A stretch of 64,000 nucleotides of DNA from an uncultured Victivallales bacterium. Lineage in GTDB: Bacteria > Verrucomicrobiota > Kiritimatiellia > UBA8416 > CAYSRM01. The notes under the pieces were generated by a model. The model saw only the letters and a list, made by a program, of their open reading frames with translations, was not told the origin of the DNA and did no database searches. A program made the position numbers and the translations under genes. Positions 47,590-57,402 of the stretch are shown here, in pieces (within the stretch, counting starts at the first letter, position 1; every line of letters starts with the position of its first letter). The stretch spans positions 12,038-76,037 of the forward strand of contig CAYYVQ010000008.1 in assembly GCA_964475205.1 (NCBI GenBank), written 5' to 3'.

Positions 47590-48831
47590 ATGAACATATA
47601 CCTGGCTATAATAATTGCGGCGATTGCCGGCCGCTACCTGCTTGAAACTTTAGCTGACTTGCTTAACCTGAAGCATCTTAAACCGGATCTTCCGCGCGAA
47701 TTCGAAGGATTCTACGACGCCGGAAGTTACAGAAAATCCCAGGATTACCTCCGGGAAAACACAAGATTGGGGCTAATCTCCGATACGTTCAATACGGTGT
47801 TGATACTAGTCCTGATTCTCGCCGGAGGCTTTAATTTTATCGACACAGTCGCCCGTTCTTTCGGCTTCCATGCAATAGTCACCGGCCTCATATTCGCAGC
47901 GATGCTGGGAGTGTTTCTGAAACTTATTAATCTCCCGTTCTCCATTTACGACACCTTTGTAATCGAAGAAAAATACGGTTTCAACAAGACCACACCGAAA
48001 ATCTTTGTCCTCGATCTGGTCAAAACCATTATTCTCCTTGCAGTCTTCGGCGGATCGGCGTTTGTCATAGTTCTCTGGCTCTTCCAGGAAGTCGGGGAGT
48101 CGGCATGGATTTACTGCTGGATAACGCTCACCATCCTCCAGGTTGCAATCATGTTTGTGGCTCCTTATGTTATTCTGCCTCTTTTCAACAAATACACGCC
48201 GCTTGAAGAAGGTGAGCTCAGGAGCAGAATAGAACAATACGCCGAAAGTCAGAACTTCAGGATAAAAGGCGTATACAAGATGGACGGTTCCAAAAGATCA
48301 TCCAAAAGCAACGCTTTTTTTACTGGTTTCGGCAGATCAAAGCGAATTGTGCTGTTCGATACTCTTATCGAAAAACACACCGTTGACGAACTTGTAACAG
48401 TGATCGCGCATGAGATGGGACATTATAAAAAGAAACATGTACCCCAGGCGATGGTTCGGTCTATAGTGAAAACAGGCCTTATGTTTTTCCTGCTTTCCCT
48501 TTTTATCGACAATCCAGGCCTTTTCGAAGCATTCGGAATGGAACATATGTCGATATATGCCGGATTCATATTCTTCGGCTTTCTTTTCGCCCCGGTAAGC
48601 ATGGCGCTGTCTCTTTTCGAAACCGCCCTTTCACGAAAGCATGAATATGAATCGGACAATTACGCAGTGAAAACAACCGGCCAGCCGGAAGTCTTAATTA
48701 ATGCCCTCAAAAAACTCAGCGTCGACAACCTTGGCAACCTCACGCCCCACCCTCTCAAGGTAATTGTCGGCTACAGCCATCCCCCAGTACTCGACCGAAT
48801 ACAAGCCATAAGAAACTCCAAGTCTCCATAG
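47590..48831 (+). CDS. M48-family zinc metallopeptidase (Ste24/CAAX-protease-like)
   Basis: Multi-TM N-terminus, HEMGH zincin motif and downstream E (EYESD). Confidence 0.75.
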   Translation: MNIYLAIIIAAIAGRYLLETLADLLNLKHLKPDLPREFEGFYDAGSYRKSQDYLRENTRLGLISDTFNTVLILVLILAGGFNFIDTVARSFGFHAIVTGLIFAAMLGVFLKLINLPFSIYDTFVIEEKYGFNKTTPKIFVLDLVKTIILLAVFGGSAFVIVLWLFQEVGESAWIYCWITLTILQVAIMFVAPYVILPLFNKYTPLEEGELRSRIEQYAESQNFRIKGVYKMDGSKRSSKSNAFFTGFGRSKRIVLFDTLIEKHTVDELVTVIAHEMGHYKKKHVPQAMVRSIVKTGLMFFLLSLFIDNPGLFEAFGMEHMSIYAGFIFFGFLFAPVSMALSLFETALSRKHEYESDNYAVKTTGQPEVLINALKKLSVDNLGNLTPHPLKVIVGYSHPPVLDRIQAIRNSKSP

Positions 48832-48907
48832 TGGCGGGAGCATCCTGCCCCAGCATCTTTAACCTAAATTCGGCAGTTGCCGGACATCGGTTAAAGCTTG
48901 CGCTGTT

Positions 48908-51208
48908 CTATTTTTCAGGAGAAAGCGGTTTGCGAGAGGCGTCCTTTCGCACAATGGCGGGAACATATAGCTTGCTCCGTCCATGGTTGCCGAAACGCTG
49001 CATCCACTTGCTGGGTTTTCCGCCCAGGTGCTTTACAGCCTTGTAGAAATATTTTTCTTCGCCCGTGCGTTTCCACATAAAAACACGTCCATAGGCCAGC
49101 TCGCTGTCTCCGTGATCTTTGTCCCGGTCCAGCGCTTTCACAATAGCGGGAACAACGCTCTCGTCGCCTGTTCTTTCAACATACATGCACAGCCCCTGTA
49201 TAGCCATGCCCCGCTGCCATGCCCCGCTGCGCATCTTTTTTCCTTCTACAATCTTCCTGGCTGTTGTTCTGGCGTAATCTGCAAGAGCATCCTTATATTT
49301 CTTCTCTCCGGTAGCTTCGTATACGGCCCACAAACCAAGGATTCCATGGCAGATCGAACGCGGTTGTCCAAAACTGATCCCGTTATTGCCCAACCTTATG
49401 GCGTGTTGGCTGATCTCCAGAGCCGCTTCCAGGGAACGATGATCGCCCAGCAGATACCAACGCTCAAACGCGCTCAGATTCTTCCAGTGATTAAAGGTAG
49501 GGGAAACGTTCGGCGGCCGCGACGGCCGATCGGCCCGGATATGTTCCAGGCTTGGACAGTAACGACTGTTGCCCGTGAATCTGTCGTGATGGCAGTGATG
49601 CACATCGGCATTGTGGCTGATCATCCGGTTGGCAGTCCATAAGTAAAACGTGTCGCCTGTGCGCGCAAAGTTGAGAAGGATACTGTGCATATAATCGTAA
49701 TAACCGCCCTCCCAGTGCACATGTTCAGGCACATCGCCTTTGTGATCAAACCATTCCACACCATCGCCCCAGCTTAACAGTCCGAAGCTGTCCACTTTGT
49801 CGTAGCGTTTAGTGCGCCATCTTTCTAAAGGTTTCTTTACCGAACCGCGCGCATAAGAGTTCAGAGCTTCGACCCGTTCTCGCCAGCGGGGATCATACAC
49901 GTCCGGATCCGCTTCGCTCAGATCTCCAAAAACTCCGGTCCCCTGACAATACCATGCGGGCTCGCACCGGGCAAAAAGCGGCTCGCGCATTGATGCGAGC
50001 GCTTTTAACGGATCTGACCGGGTCCCATCGTGGAAATGGAAAAACAGCTCGTGTGTGCGGGCTATACCGGCAAAAATCTCAGCGCATCCATTCTCATCGA
50101 CCAACGTGGTGTCGCCCTTGTGGAGAACACGGTCGGTCCATAGCCCGATATCAAGCCTGCCGGACGGATCGACCTTCAAATACTTTGACCACAGCTGCCA
50201 GAAATCCTTGACCCCAACAGTCACTCCGCCCGCGGAACCCGACACGTCAATTGTTCCAAGCCATGTCGGCTCTTCCTTATGCGGATCTCCGGCAACCTCT
50301 TTTCCCAGGTTATTAAATTCATAACGATGGGTTTCAAGAACCTCTACACCAGGCCCGGTTTTCTGATCTGCTTCGACATATTTCTGATCCAGGCCGAATC
50401 GACAACGCGCCTTTTTCCCCACGATAACAGGGATACCCACACGCCAGTCGGAAACGCGGACCAGGTCGTCCACCTTGCCTTTGCGGTTTTCCACAGTATA
50501 CACAACACGCACCAGGGGGCTGCCCGCGTAAGCGTAGAAACGGCACTTGTAATCCATGGCATAACCCGATCCATCAGCGGCGGTATTGCGGCCCTTGACC
50601 AGGAGCACGGTTTTCATCGGACCTTGTTGCTCGACTGTGATCTCCGTATCAGAACACGATTGGGGAGAAAACTCGCCTTCCGGAGTCCGGACAACTATAC
50701 TGCCCTTGCCTGGCGCAATAAGTTGAGTATCGCCCAGCCAGACTCCATCAAATCCGTTAAACCCCCTGGCCTTGACATGAAACCTGATCGCCCCGGTGTC
50801 CACCTCGTAACCTTTGTCAGTTTTGGACACCTTGACTGCTTCAGATGGGGCAACAGGTTTTGCGGTTTTTCCAGCGTTATCCTTCAAAAAATAGTGGCGC
50901 TTCTCATTAGCCGACAGGCTGGTTTGAAAATCGACATGCACCCATTTGACAGAATGATCTTCCCACCACCTTGTGGCAACACCGAACTGCGCCGGCACAG
51001 GCTTGCCCTCGTCGTCAAAGAGAACCAGTTTATCAATGTCGGCGACCGCTCCCTTTGGAAGCGGTATACCGCTGGTTACAGGTTCGTTTTCACGGGCAAC
51101 ACCAAGGCGCTCCTCGACGGTGAGTTTGACTTCGATGGCTGAACTGTTCGACAACGGGATTGCCATTATCAGAATTACAATAAATCCACCAGCAATGTGT
51201 CTTAACAT
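48908..51208 (-). CDS. Secreted protein of an uncharacterised family (beta-sandwich N-terminus plus alpha-helical C-terminus); paralogue of the 51363 and 9012 proteins; candidate glycan-degrading enzyme
   Basis: 766 aa with a signal peptide and a GGAGGAAG ribosome-binding site. The N-terminal block VTSGIPLPKG...VPAQF...SVKWVHVDF is shared with both paralogues. Downstream blocks (HFHDG...PLF, WGDGVEW, YYDYMHS) are also shared. Confidence 0.6.
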   Translation of the reverse strand: MLRHIAGGFIVILIMAIPLSNSSAIEVKLTVEERLGVARENEPVTSGIPLPKGAVADIDKLVLFDDEGKPVPAQFGVATRWWEDHSVKWVHVDFQTSLSANEKRHYFLKDNAGKTAKPVAPSEAVKVSKTDKGYEVDTGAIRFHVKARGFNGFDGVWLGDTQLIAPGKGSIVVRTPEGEFSPQSCSDTEITVEQQGPMKTVLLVKGRNTAADGSGYAMDYKCRFYAYAGSPLVRVVYTVENRKGKVDDLVRVSDWRVGIPVIVGKKARCRFGLDQKYVEADQKTGPGVEVLETHRYEFNNLGKEVAGDPHKEEPTWLGTIDVSGSAGGVTVGVKDFWQLWSKYLKVDPSGRLDIGLWTDRVLHKGDTTLVDENGCAEIFAGIARTHELFFHFHDGTRSDPLKALASMREPLFARCEPAWYCQGTGVFGDLSEADPDVYDPRWRERVEALNSYARGSVKKPLERWRTKRYDKVDSFGLLSWGDGVEWFDHKGDVPEHVHWEGGYYDYMHSILLNFARTGDTFYLWTANRMISHNADVHHCHHDRFTGNSRYCPSLEHIRADRPSRPPNVSPTFNHWKNLSAFERWYLLGDHRSLEAALEISQHAIRLGNNGISFGQPRSICHGILGLWAVYEATGEKKYKDALADYARTTARKIVEGKKMRSGAWQRGMAIQGLCMYVERTGDESVVPAIVKALDRDKDHGDSELAYGRVFMWKRTGEEKYFYKAVKHLGGKPSKWMQRFGNHGRSKLYVPAIVRKDASRKPLSPEK

Positions 51209-51362
51209 GGTTGTCTTCCTCCTTCATCTGGAGCGAGCCATGCGTATAAATGTCTTCGCTGCCACCATATCATTGCATAACCAGCCCCGAAATAAGCAAG
51301 TCTTCCTGCTGCGAGCGCCCCATGGCCCACGCCTGCGCGACTTCCGTCACGCCGCTCGCCTC

Positions 51363-53780
51363 TCAATCCTTCTGTGCGGCTTTCAAAAACCCGTATTCCA
51401 TAATCGCGCCCGCCCGCATCATCATTGCAGCGCGCCCCGCCCAGGTCTTGTTCTCGGGCATGAATATAGGCGGATTTTTTGATTCAGGAAAACCCAGCGC
51501 AAATTTCTTCACAGCGGTTTTCATGAACTCAGCATTATCGGCAACTGCGCCGACATAGGAATAGAGCCCTGCCAGAAAAACCGGCGCATCGTAAAAAGAA
51601 GACGATGACAACGGTTTTTCGCATCCGGCTTTCAACAGTTCAAACACCTTCTCGTTGCCGGTTAATTTATGAAGATTGCACAGGGGACCGATAACATGAC
51701 AATAGTCCTTGTCTTCACCGATATAGCCCTGTCCGAAAATCTGGCCCTTGCCGGGTGAATGCAGATGCGGCCCCTGCTTCTTCCACTTGGGCACAACATT
51801 TCCATTGAAAAGTTTCATTGCCTCGTCCAGCCATCTCTTATCGGCAGTCAGCTCGTAGGCCGCGCAGAAACTGTTTATTGTCCACCCGTTCTTGGCCATG
51901 TCAGTTTTTCTGCCGCCACCGTAGACCTTCCGTTTATTAATCACCTCCCAGGCCCGGACAAGCCCTTCGGCGCTGCGCAGGCAGGCTTCCCTGGCTTTAG
52001 GCTCTCCGGTCAACATGTGCCATAGCGCGGAACCGGCAATAAACGTGCCGCCGGGCGCGTATCCGCCCCCTCTCCCATTGGCATGATACGAAGGCCATAC
52101 GGAACCGCTCTGAACTCCGTTCATACTGGGCGAGTCGCGATCAGACCAGTACTGGTCAATATCAATCCGGTGCTGCGCCATCTGGCGCGCCATTCGCCAT
52201 GCAGAAGGGTCGCCGTTTCTGAGATACTCAAACATTGCAAGCAGAGGCCAGTCAGGTTGAAGCGATATCTGACCTGAGCCATAAAGGGAGATGTCCCCGA
52301 AATCCATCCAACCATACCAGTAGTTCTGATTGACGTGATATGAACCTATATGAAAAGTTTTGGTTTCTTTCCGTGCTTGATATAAGCTGTCCGGCGCTTC
52401 CGGATTAAAAGCCCTGCTGCTCATGTTCAGACAATTCCGCAATTTGAAATCGCAGACCTTGTTGCCGGTTGTAACCCTGTCGGCTACAAAAAACTCGGGA
52501 ACAGCGCCGGTCTCAACATAATAACTGCCTTCAGCTCTCGGGAATAAAGGACCGTTAAGATCTGCTGCTGTCTTTTCAACCGACCCGCCGGAGAAATCAA
52601 GAATGAACTCGTGTCCCTTATGGGCTGAACCTGGCAGAAGATATTTGCCTTCCTTAATTATGCCTTTCAGCCGCCTGACCCGATATGTGTAGGCGTCGGT
52701 CCGGGGCCATTGCCCGCCTTCAGGCCAAAGCCATACCATGAGATGTTTGCCGTCTTTTTCTATGGCTTTCTGATAATTCTGCCAGAAATTCCGAATCCCG
52801 ACGTTCAAACTTCCATTGTCCCCCGTAAGGCTAACAAGCCCGTCGGTCTGCTTTCCTGTTTTCACAGCCTCGCCGTTATGGGTGATCCGGTAAGTGAAAT
52901 TATCATAGGTGAAATAAGGTTTCTTATCCCCCCGTTCGCAAGTCTGAAAGACCTTGAACGCTCCAGCGCCTTTCGCGCCTTCGCATTCGGCGGTTATCGA
53001 ATCACCCAGACCCAGGCCGAAATCAAGACCCATTGCTTCAAATGCAAACCATTCAGGTTTAACGTCCTTGCCGTGTCCGTCGGCGCCATAGTTCTCCAGC
53101 CAGAAATGGGTTTTTACAATCCTGCGTCCGGCATACAAATACAGGCGGGCGGTATACTTGAGAAGATCCTTGTGAACACCGGGAAACCCGCCTTTAAGAC
53201 AGATCACTGCGCGCATGGGACCCGATTCCTCGATAATCACTTCGCTGGGAGCCGAACCTTGAACTGTCTTGCCGTCCTCTGTCACAAGAACCACTCCCTT
53301 GCCCGCGCCTGTCATAAGCTCCTTGCCGTCAACCCGCAAAGAATGCACAAAGCCAGGCTTATTCTTGTTCAGAAGCAAGGCAAGCGGACCCGTGGAAACA
53401 GCAACGGCATCATCATTGTTCTTTATTTCCACGGGCGAAGAAGGCGCCGGATTGCTTCGGGTCGACAAAGAAAGCTCAACGCTTCCCTTCGGTCCAACCG
53501 GAACCTGGGTGTGAACCAGAACCCAGCGCACCGACCCGTCATCCCAGGGAGCGGTTGTTCTGAACTGTGCCGGAACAGCTTTGCCTTTGAACTGGACGCC
53601 CAGGCCCGAAATATCCTTGAGCTCTCCTTTTTTAAACGGAACCCCCCCTGTAACCAGGGCGTTTTTCAATTCCGTGTCGTGACTGTTGTCAACCGTCAAT
53701 CCAACTTGCCCGAGTGCCGGGCGCAAACAAAACAAGCCCAGCAAAAGGCTTATACCGATTCTCGTTCCAGTCTTTCTCAT
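51363..53780 (-). CDS. Secreted protein of the same uncharacterised family (paralogue)
   Basis: 805 aa with a signal peptide and a TAAGGAGGAGG ribosome-binding site. N-terminal block VTGGVPFKKG...VPAQF...SVRWVLVHTQ. Confidence 0.6.
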   Translation of the reverse strand: MRKTGTRIGISLLLGLFCLRPALGQVGLTVDNSHDTELKNALVTGGVPFKKGELKDISGLGVQFKGKAVPAQFRTTAPWDDGSVRWVLVHTQVPVGPKGSVELSLSTRSNPAPSSPVEIKNNDDAVAVSTGPLALLLNKNKPGFVHSLRVDGKELMTGAGKGVVLVTEDGKTVQGSAPSEVIIEESGPMRAVICLKGGFPGVHKDLLKYTARLYLYAGRRIVKTHFWLENYGADGHGKDVKPEWFAFEAMGLDFGLGLGDSITAECEGAKGAGAFKVFQTCERGDKKPYFTYDNFTYRITHNGEAVKTGKQTDGLVSLTGDNGSLNVGIRNFWQNYQKAIEKDGKHLMVWLWPEGGQWPRTDAYTYRVRRLKGIIKEGKYLLPGSAHKGHEFILDFSGGSVEKTAADLNGPLFPRAEGSYYVETGAVPEFFVADRVTTGNKVCDFKLRNCLNMSSRAFNPEAPDSLYQARKETKTFHIGSYHVNQNYWYGWMDFGDISLYGSGQISLQPDWPLLAMFEYLRNGDPSAWRMARQMAQHRIDIDQYWSDRDSPSMNGVQSGSVWPSYHANGRGGGYAPGGTFIAGSALWHMLTGEPKAREACLRSAEGLVRAWEVINKRKVYGGGRKTDMAKNGWTINSFCAAYELTADKRWLDEAMKLFNGNVVPKWKKQGPHLHSPGKGQIFGQGYIGEDKDYCHVIGPLCNLHKLTGNEKVFELLKAGCEKPLSSSSFYDAPVFLAGLYSYVGAVADNAEFMKTAVKKFALGFPESKNPPIFMPENKTWAGRAAMMMRAGAIMEYGFLKAAQKD

Positions 53781-56545
53781 TATTCAGCTTCCTCCTCCTT
53801 ATTTTTCCGTTCCAAAGCAGGATCAGGCTCCTTGTTTCCATACTTTTTCTGTACCCTGTCGGCAAGATCAAAAAGGCTCTGATTTCGCTCTTTCCACCCT
53901 GAACTGATGAACCATGCTGCCGCAGCGTCGCCCTGACTGGCTGTTATATTAAGAATACGAATGCGTGTATCCAGCAGTCTGCGAATGTCGCTGACAAGCT
54001 CTTCGCCAATAATCTGCGGCGCCCGCGGATCCAGCCAGGCTTTCTCAAGATAGATCCGCGCTTCAATTTCCTGTGCCGACTCGCGGAAAGCTTCCGAACG
54101 CACTGTAGCCACCGGACCGTTTTTACCTGCACCCAGGATGCGGGGCACCCCGAAATTCAGACTCAACTGCCCCCATGCCGATTCAGGGTAGCGGCCGGCC
54201 AGAGTATCGGAGCGTCTACGCCCAAGAACTTTCCAGAAATCAGCGCCGATACGGCCAAGCCCCCTTATGCCTTCACCCGTGGCAACAGCAGGCCACTTAG
54301 AGCTATACGCGCCAATCCAGGCTTCAATCATGCAGCGATATTTTGTGATAGTGCTTCTAACCTTCAGATTATTGCGGGGGTAGTAGGACATCCATCTGGG
54401 ATTGGTCCAGCCCAATCCATAGCCACGATCCGGATCAGTGGGATCGCAACCAACCCCCCAGAGAGCATTGAACAACCCCATCGGATAGCCTTGCCAGGAT
54501 TCGCACCTGTAGTGTGAATGAATAGCCCACCTGGCGTCCTTTACGCCATGGGAAATATCATCCATTGCCTGCTTGGTCGGTCGATGATCTCCTGCCAGTC
54601 CAAACATCATCGAATCCCTGAGTCCGCGCTTTTCAAGGATTGCCTGCATGCCGTCGCTTACCTTTTTCCAGAATACCCTGGCTTCAGCCGTGCCCCATGC
54701 CGGTCCGCGCGCGCTTGCATATTCTCCGGTCTCCGGATCGTAAAGACTATACAGTATTGGTTTATCATGAATCTTGCCTGCCTGCCCTGAGCCGCCTGCA
54801 TGACCCTGGCTGTATGGCGGCTCCCAGCAATACAGAATAATGCCGGGAATCCGGCCCATGTGCTTGATTGCCGTATCCAGGTATCTTTCCACTATTGTAA
54901 AATCAGGTTTCAGCTCAAAATTTTCATCACGAACCCACCGCAACATAGCATGCTCGTTTCCGAAATGAGTGCGCCGGATACAAGTAATGTAGATCGTGTC
55001 GCTTCCCAGATCACCCAGCAGCGAGAAAGATTTATCCAACAGGGCAAAGTGTTCGTCCGACCATAAGGGCACGTCATAGGCCATCGCCACGCTTTCGGGC
55101 GACTGGATTATATCCAGTCGGGAGGTAAAGGTCTTCGCCTGGGGCATGTTCCATCCGCTTACTCTAATCTGCAGTTTCGCCTTGCGCGGCTCAATGCCTT
55201 CGGCTCGTATCGTAACTTCCCCGTTATACAGACCCGAAGGAATGTCCGAAGGCGTGCGCACGGTAACCCATACGGGTTGCACAGAACGATTGTATTTGCC
55301 GCTGACGGGAACTTCAGAAGGCGCATCTTCTTCAAGCGAATCAAAAGAGCCGTTGTGACCATCGGGACGGCCGTAGCGGACCTGGATGGCTTCCTCAGGG
55401 ATAGAGCCGCCGGGGCCGCTAAGATCGGAAACATCAACCTGCAAACTTTTAATCGGCTTGTCATCGCCAACAACAATCTGCCCGGAGAAGGCGCCATTGC
55501 GTGTGGCTGCAATTTGAATCGGATTGGGAGAATCAAACGGATCGGGATAATCAGAGACCTTGACGTCCTGGACAATGCTCTGGTTCCAGTGCTTGAAGCC
55601 CAGGCCGGGTTTAGGGTCAATATTTGGAACAACGGCCGAATCGTGTGAACTCTTAAGCGCAATTGACTTCAATCCCAGCCGCTGCCACCAGAGAGATTTG
55701 TGAATCGATGTTTTTCCTTTCTTTACCGTCATGTAGCGTTTGGCCGGCGTCGGCGCCCGGTGCAGACTCACGGCCAGTACGTTGACGCCTTTGCGCAATT
55801 CTGATGCGGGAATAGGCGCCTCGGAAATCTCTCTGGCGCGAAGGGCTATACGGTCGCGCACATCCTTCGGCAAGTTAGCCCTTGCCCGTTTGCTCGAATC
55901 ATACGTGGAAAAAGGCACAAGGAACCCGTCATCCATAAAATCGGCTTCCTCGGGATAGGGATTTGCCGGTGTCGAAATGGTTACCGGCCCTTCCGGCATA
56001 TGCTTGCGCATAATTTCTTTGCCGTTCAGATAAACCACCGCGCCTCCTCGAAACTTCAGGGAGAGTTTCAAATCCTTTGCCCTGGCCGGGTCTTCGACCT
56101 TGAAGGTTCCTCGCATCTGGATCAGCTTCCAGCCCTGGTCAGTAGAAAAGTGATGGCCAAGCATGGGGCCTCTCGACCTCAGCCAGTCGCTGTCGTTAAA
56201 TTCGGCATGCATCCAGTCCGATGGTATGCCTGAAGGCAATCTTATGACTTCATCCTCGGGGATCTTTCGAATCTTCCAGCGATCTCGAGTCAGGGTCGGT
56301 TGATCCGGATGATCCCCAAACCAGGCGGGAAAATCCGTCCAACTGTCAAAATCGTGCCCAACAGACCCGTGAACAATGTTCCCCGATTCATCTACAACTT
56401 CGCCGGTCTCGCGCATGGTACAGAACCGCCAGAAAGTTTTGTTGCTGAGGATAACCTTCCTGCCCTCCTTCTCTTCGGCAAGGCAGAAGAACGTTGAAAG
56501 AAAAAGACAGGTCAGTGTTAAAAAAGTTATTTTCCTATTAATCAT
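53780..56545 (-). CDS. Large secreted protein with an N-terminal galactose-binding-like (GH2 sugar-binding-type) domain; putative glycoside hydrolase
   Basis: 921 aa with a signal peptide and a GGAGGTAAAC ribosome-binding site. The LKFRGGAVVYLNGKEI block is typical of jelly-roll sugar-binding domains. Its stop overlaps the next gene's ATG (TAATG). Confidence 0.5.
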   Translation of the reverse strand: MINRKITFLTLTCLFLSTFFCLAEEKEGRKVILSNKTFWRFCTMRETGEVVDESGNIVHGSVGHDFDSWTDFPAWFGDHPDQPTLTRDRWKIRKIPEDEVIRLPSGIPSDWMHAEFNDSDWLRSRGPMLGHHFSTDQGWKLIQMRGTFKVEDPARAKDLKLSLKFRGGAVVYLNGKEIMRKHMPEGPVTISTPANPYPEEADFMDDGFLVPFSTYDSSKRARANLPKDVRDRIALRAREISEAPIPASELRKGVNVLAVSLHRAPTPAKRYMTVKKGKTSIHKSLWWQRLGLKSIALKSSHDSAVVPNIDPKPGLGFKHWNQSIVQDVKVSDYPDPFDSPNPIQIAATRNGAFSGQIVVGDDKPIKSLQVDVSDLSGPGGSIPEEAIQVRYGRPDGHNGSFDSLEEDAPSEVPVSGKYNRSVQPVWVTVRTPSDIPSGLYNGEVTIRAEGIEPRKAKLQIRVSGWNMPQAKTFTSRLDIIQSPESVAMAYDVPLWSDEHFALLDKSFSLLGDLGSDTIYITCIRRTHFGNEHAMLRWVRDENFELKPDFTIVERYLDTAIKHMGRIPGIILYCWEPPYSQGHAGGSGQAGKIHDKPILYSLYDPETGEYASARGPAWGTAEARVFWKKVSDGMQAILEKRGLRDSMMFGLAGDHRPTKQAMDDISHGVKDARWAIHSHYRCESWQGYPMGLFNALWGVGCDPTDPDRGYGLGWTNPRWMSYYPRNNLKVRSTITKYRCMIEAWIGAYSSKWPAVATGEGIRGLGRIGADFWKVLGRRRSDTLAGRYPESAWGQLSLNFGVPRILGAGKNGPVATVRSEAFRESAQEIEARIYLEKAWLDPRAPQIIGEELVSDIRRLLDTRIRILNITASQGDAAAAWFISSGWKERNQSLFDLADRVQKKYGNKEPDPALERKNKEEEAE

Positions 56546-56942
56546 GTTTACCTCCGTTCAGGCATTTTAATTGCGGCCTTCCATGCTGATCTTCAAACCC
56601 GGCTTTACGTACAGAGCACAATCGAGATTTTGTATTCAGGCCCGGAAAAAGCAGGAAGTAAAATCTTTCACGCTTATACAGCGCCGCCGGATAAAGCTAT
56701 TTCTCAACTTTTTTATGTTATCCTAACATAAATTATAATAATAGGATGTCTGATAACCAAACGCAACTTTTTTTCGGAGCGAATTGACCAAAATCCCGAT
56801 CACCGGACATGCGGCCCATTTTTACCTGTCGATGCCTGTGATGAATGCGCTGAGGATATAGCGTTGATGGAAGACAAAACTGATGGTTTAATAGTCCTGA
56901 AAAAATAACCGTGTGAACTCTTGATCTGTACGAAAGGCCGGC

Positions 56943-57356
56943 ATGACAAGGCGAAAAAGAAATGCAAGCGGCATGCGAAAAGGACGGTGGGCCGTAGAGC
57001 GCGAAAGGTGCAGGATCGCTCGCGATGAAACAGGGCAGCAACCTGAAGCAGTCTATTCCATAGCAAATACAATCAGACACCTTATGGCAGGCCTGGAACC
57101 TCGCTCTGCATCATGGCTTGAAAAACTGCACAGCCAGTGGCCTGCGCTGGTGGGCGAGTCGGTGTCAAAGCACTCCCGTCCGGGAAGAATCGACGGGAAA
57201 CGGCTTGTAATTTTTGTGGACAGTTCTGTTTGGCTCAATGAGTTGTCACGGTATTGGAAAACCACGATTCTGAAGAGCGTGCAGGGTAAATTCGGGTGTG
57301 AGAAAGTTGATGCTGTCAGTTTCAGAATTGACCCGGACCGACCGGACCAGCGATAG
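56943..57356 (+). CDS. DUF721/DciA-like protein
   Basis: RLVIFVDSSVWLNELSRYWKTTILKSVQGKFG...VSFRID resembles the DUF721 core (TLxVxVDSSAWxQEL). Confidence 0.45.
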   Translation: MTRRKRNASGMRKGRWAVERERCRIARDETGQQPEAVYSIANTIRHLMAGLEPRSASWLEKLHSQWPALVGESVSKHSRPGRIDGKRLVIFVDSSVWLNELSRYWKTTILKSVQGKFGCEKVDAVSFRIDPDRPDQR

Positions 57357-57402
57357 TTTCAGATCCTCAATGTTGGGCGCGAACCGATAAAAATATTCTG
57401 TA

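Noticed and set aside
52710-53882. Long plus-strand ORFs opposite the large minus-strand genes (52710..53882, 390 aa; 50279..51142, 287 aa; 59266..60114, 282 aa; 48983..49642, 219 aa)
   Set aside because: They are antisense shadow ORFs. The minus-strand products have clear protein-like composition, signal peptides and ribosome-binding sites, whereas these ORFs have low-complexity, Arg/Ser-rich translations and no family resemblance.
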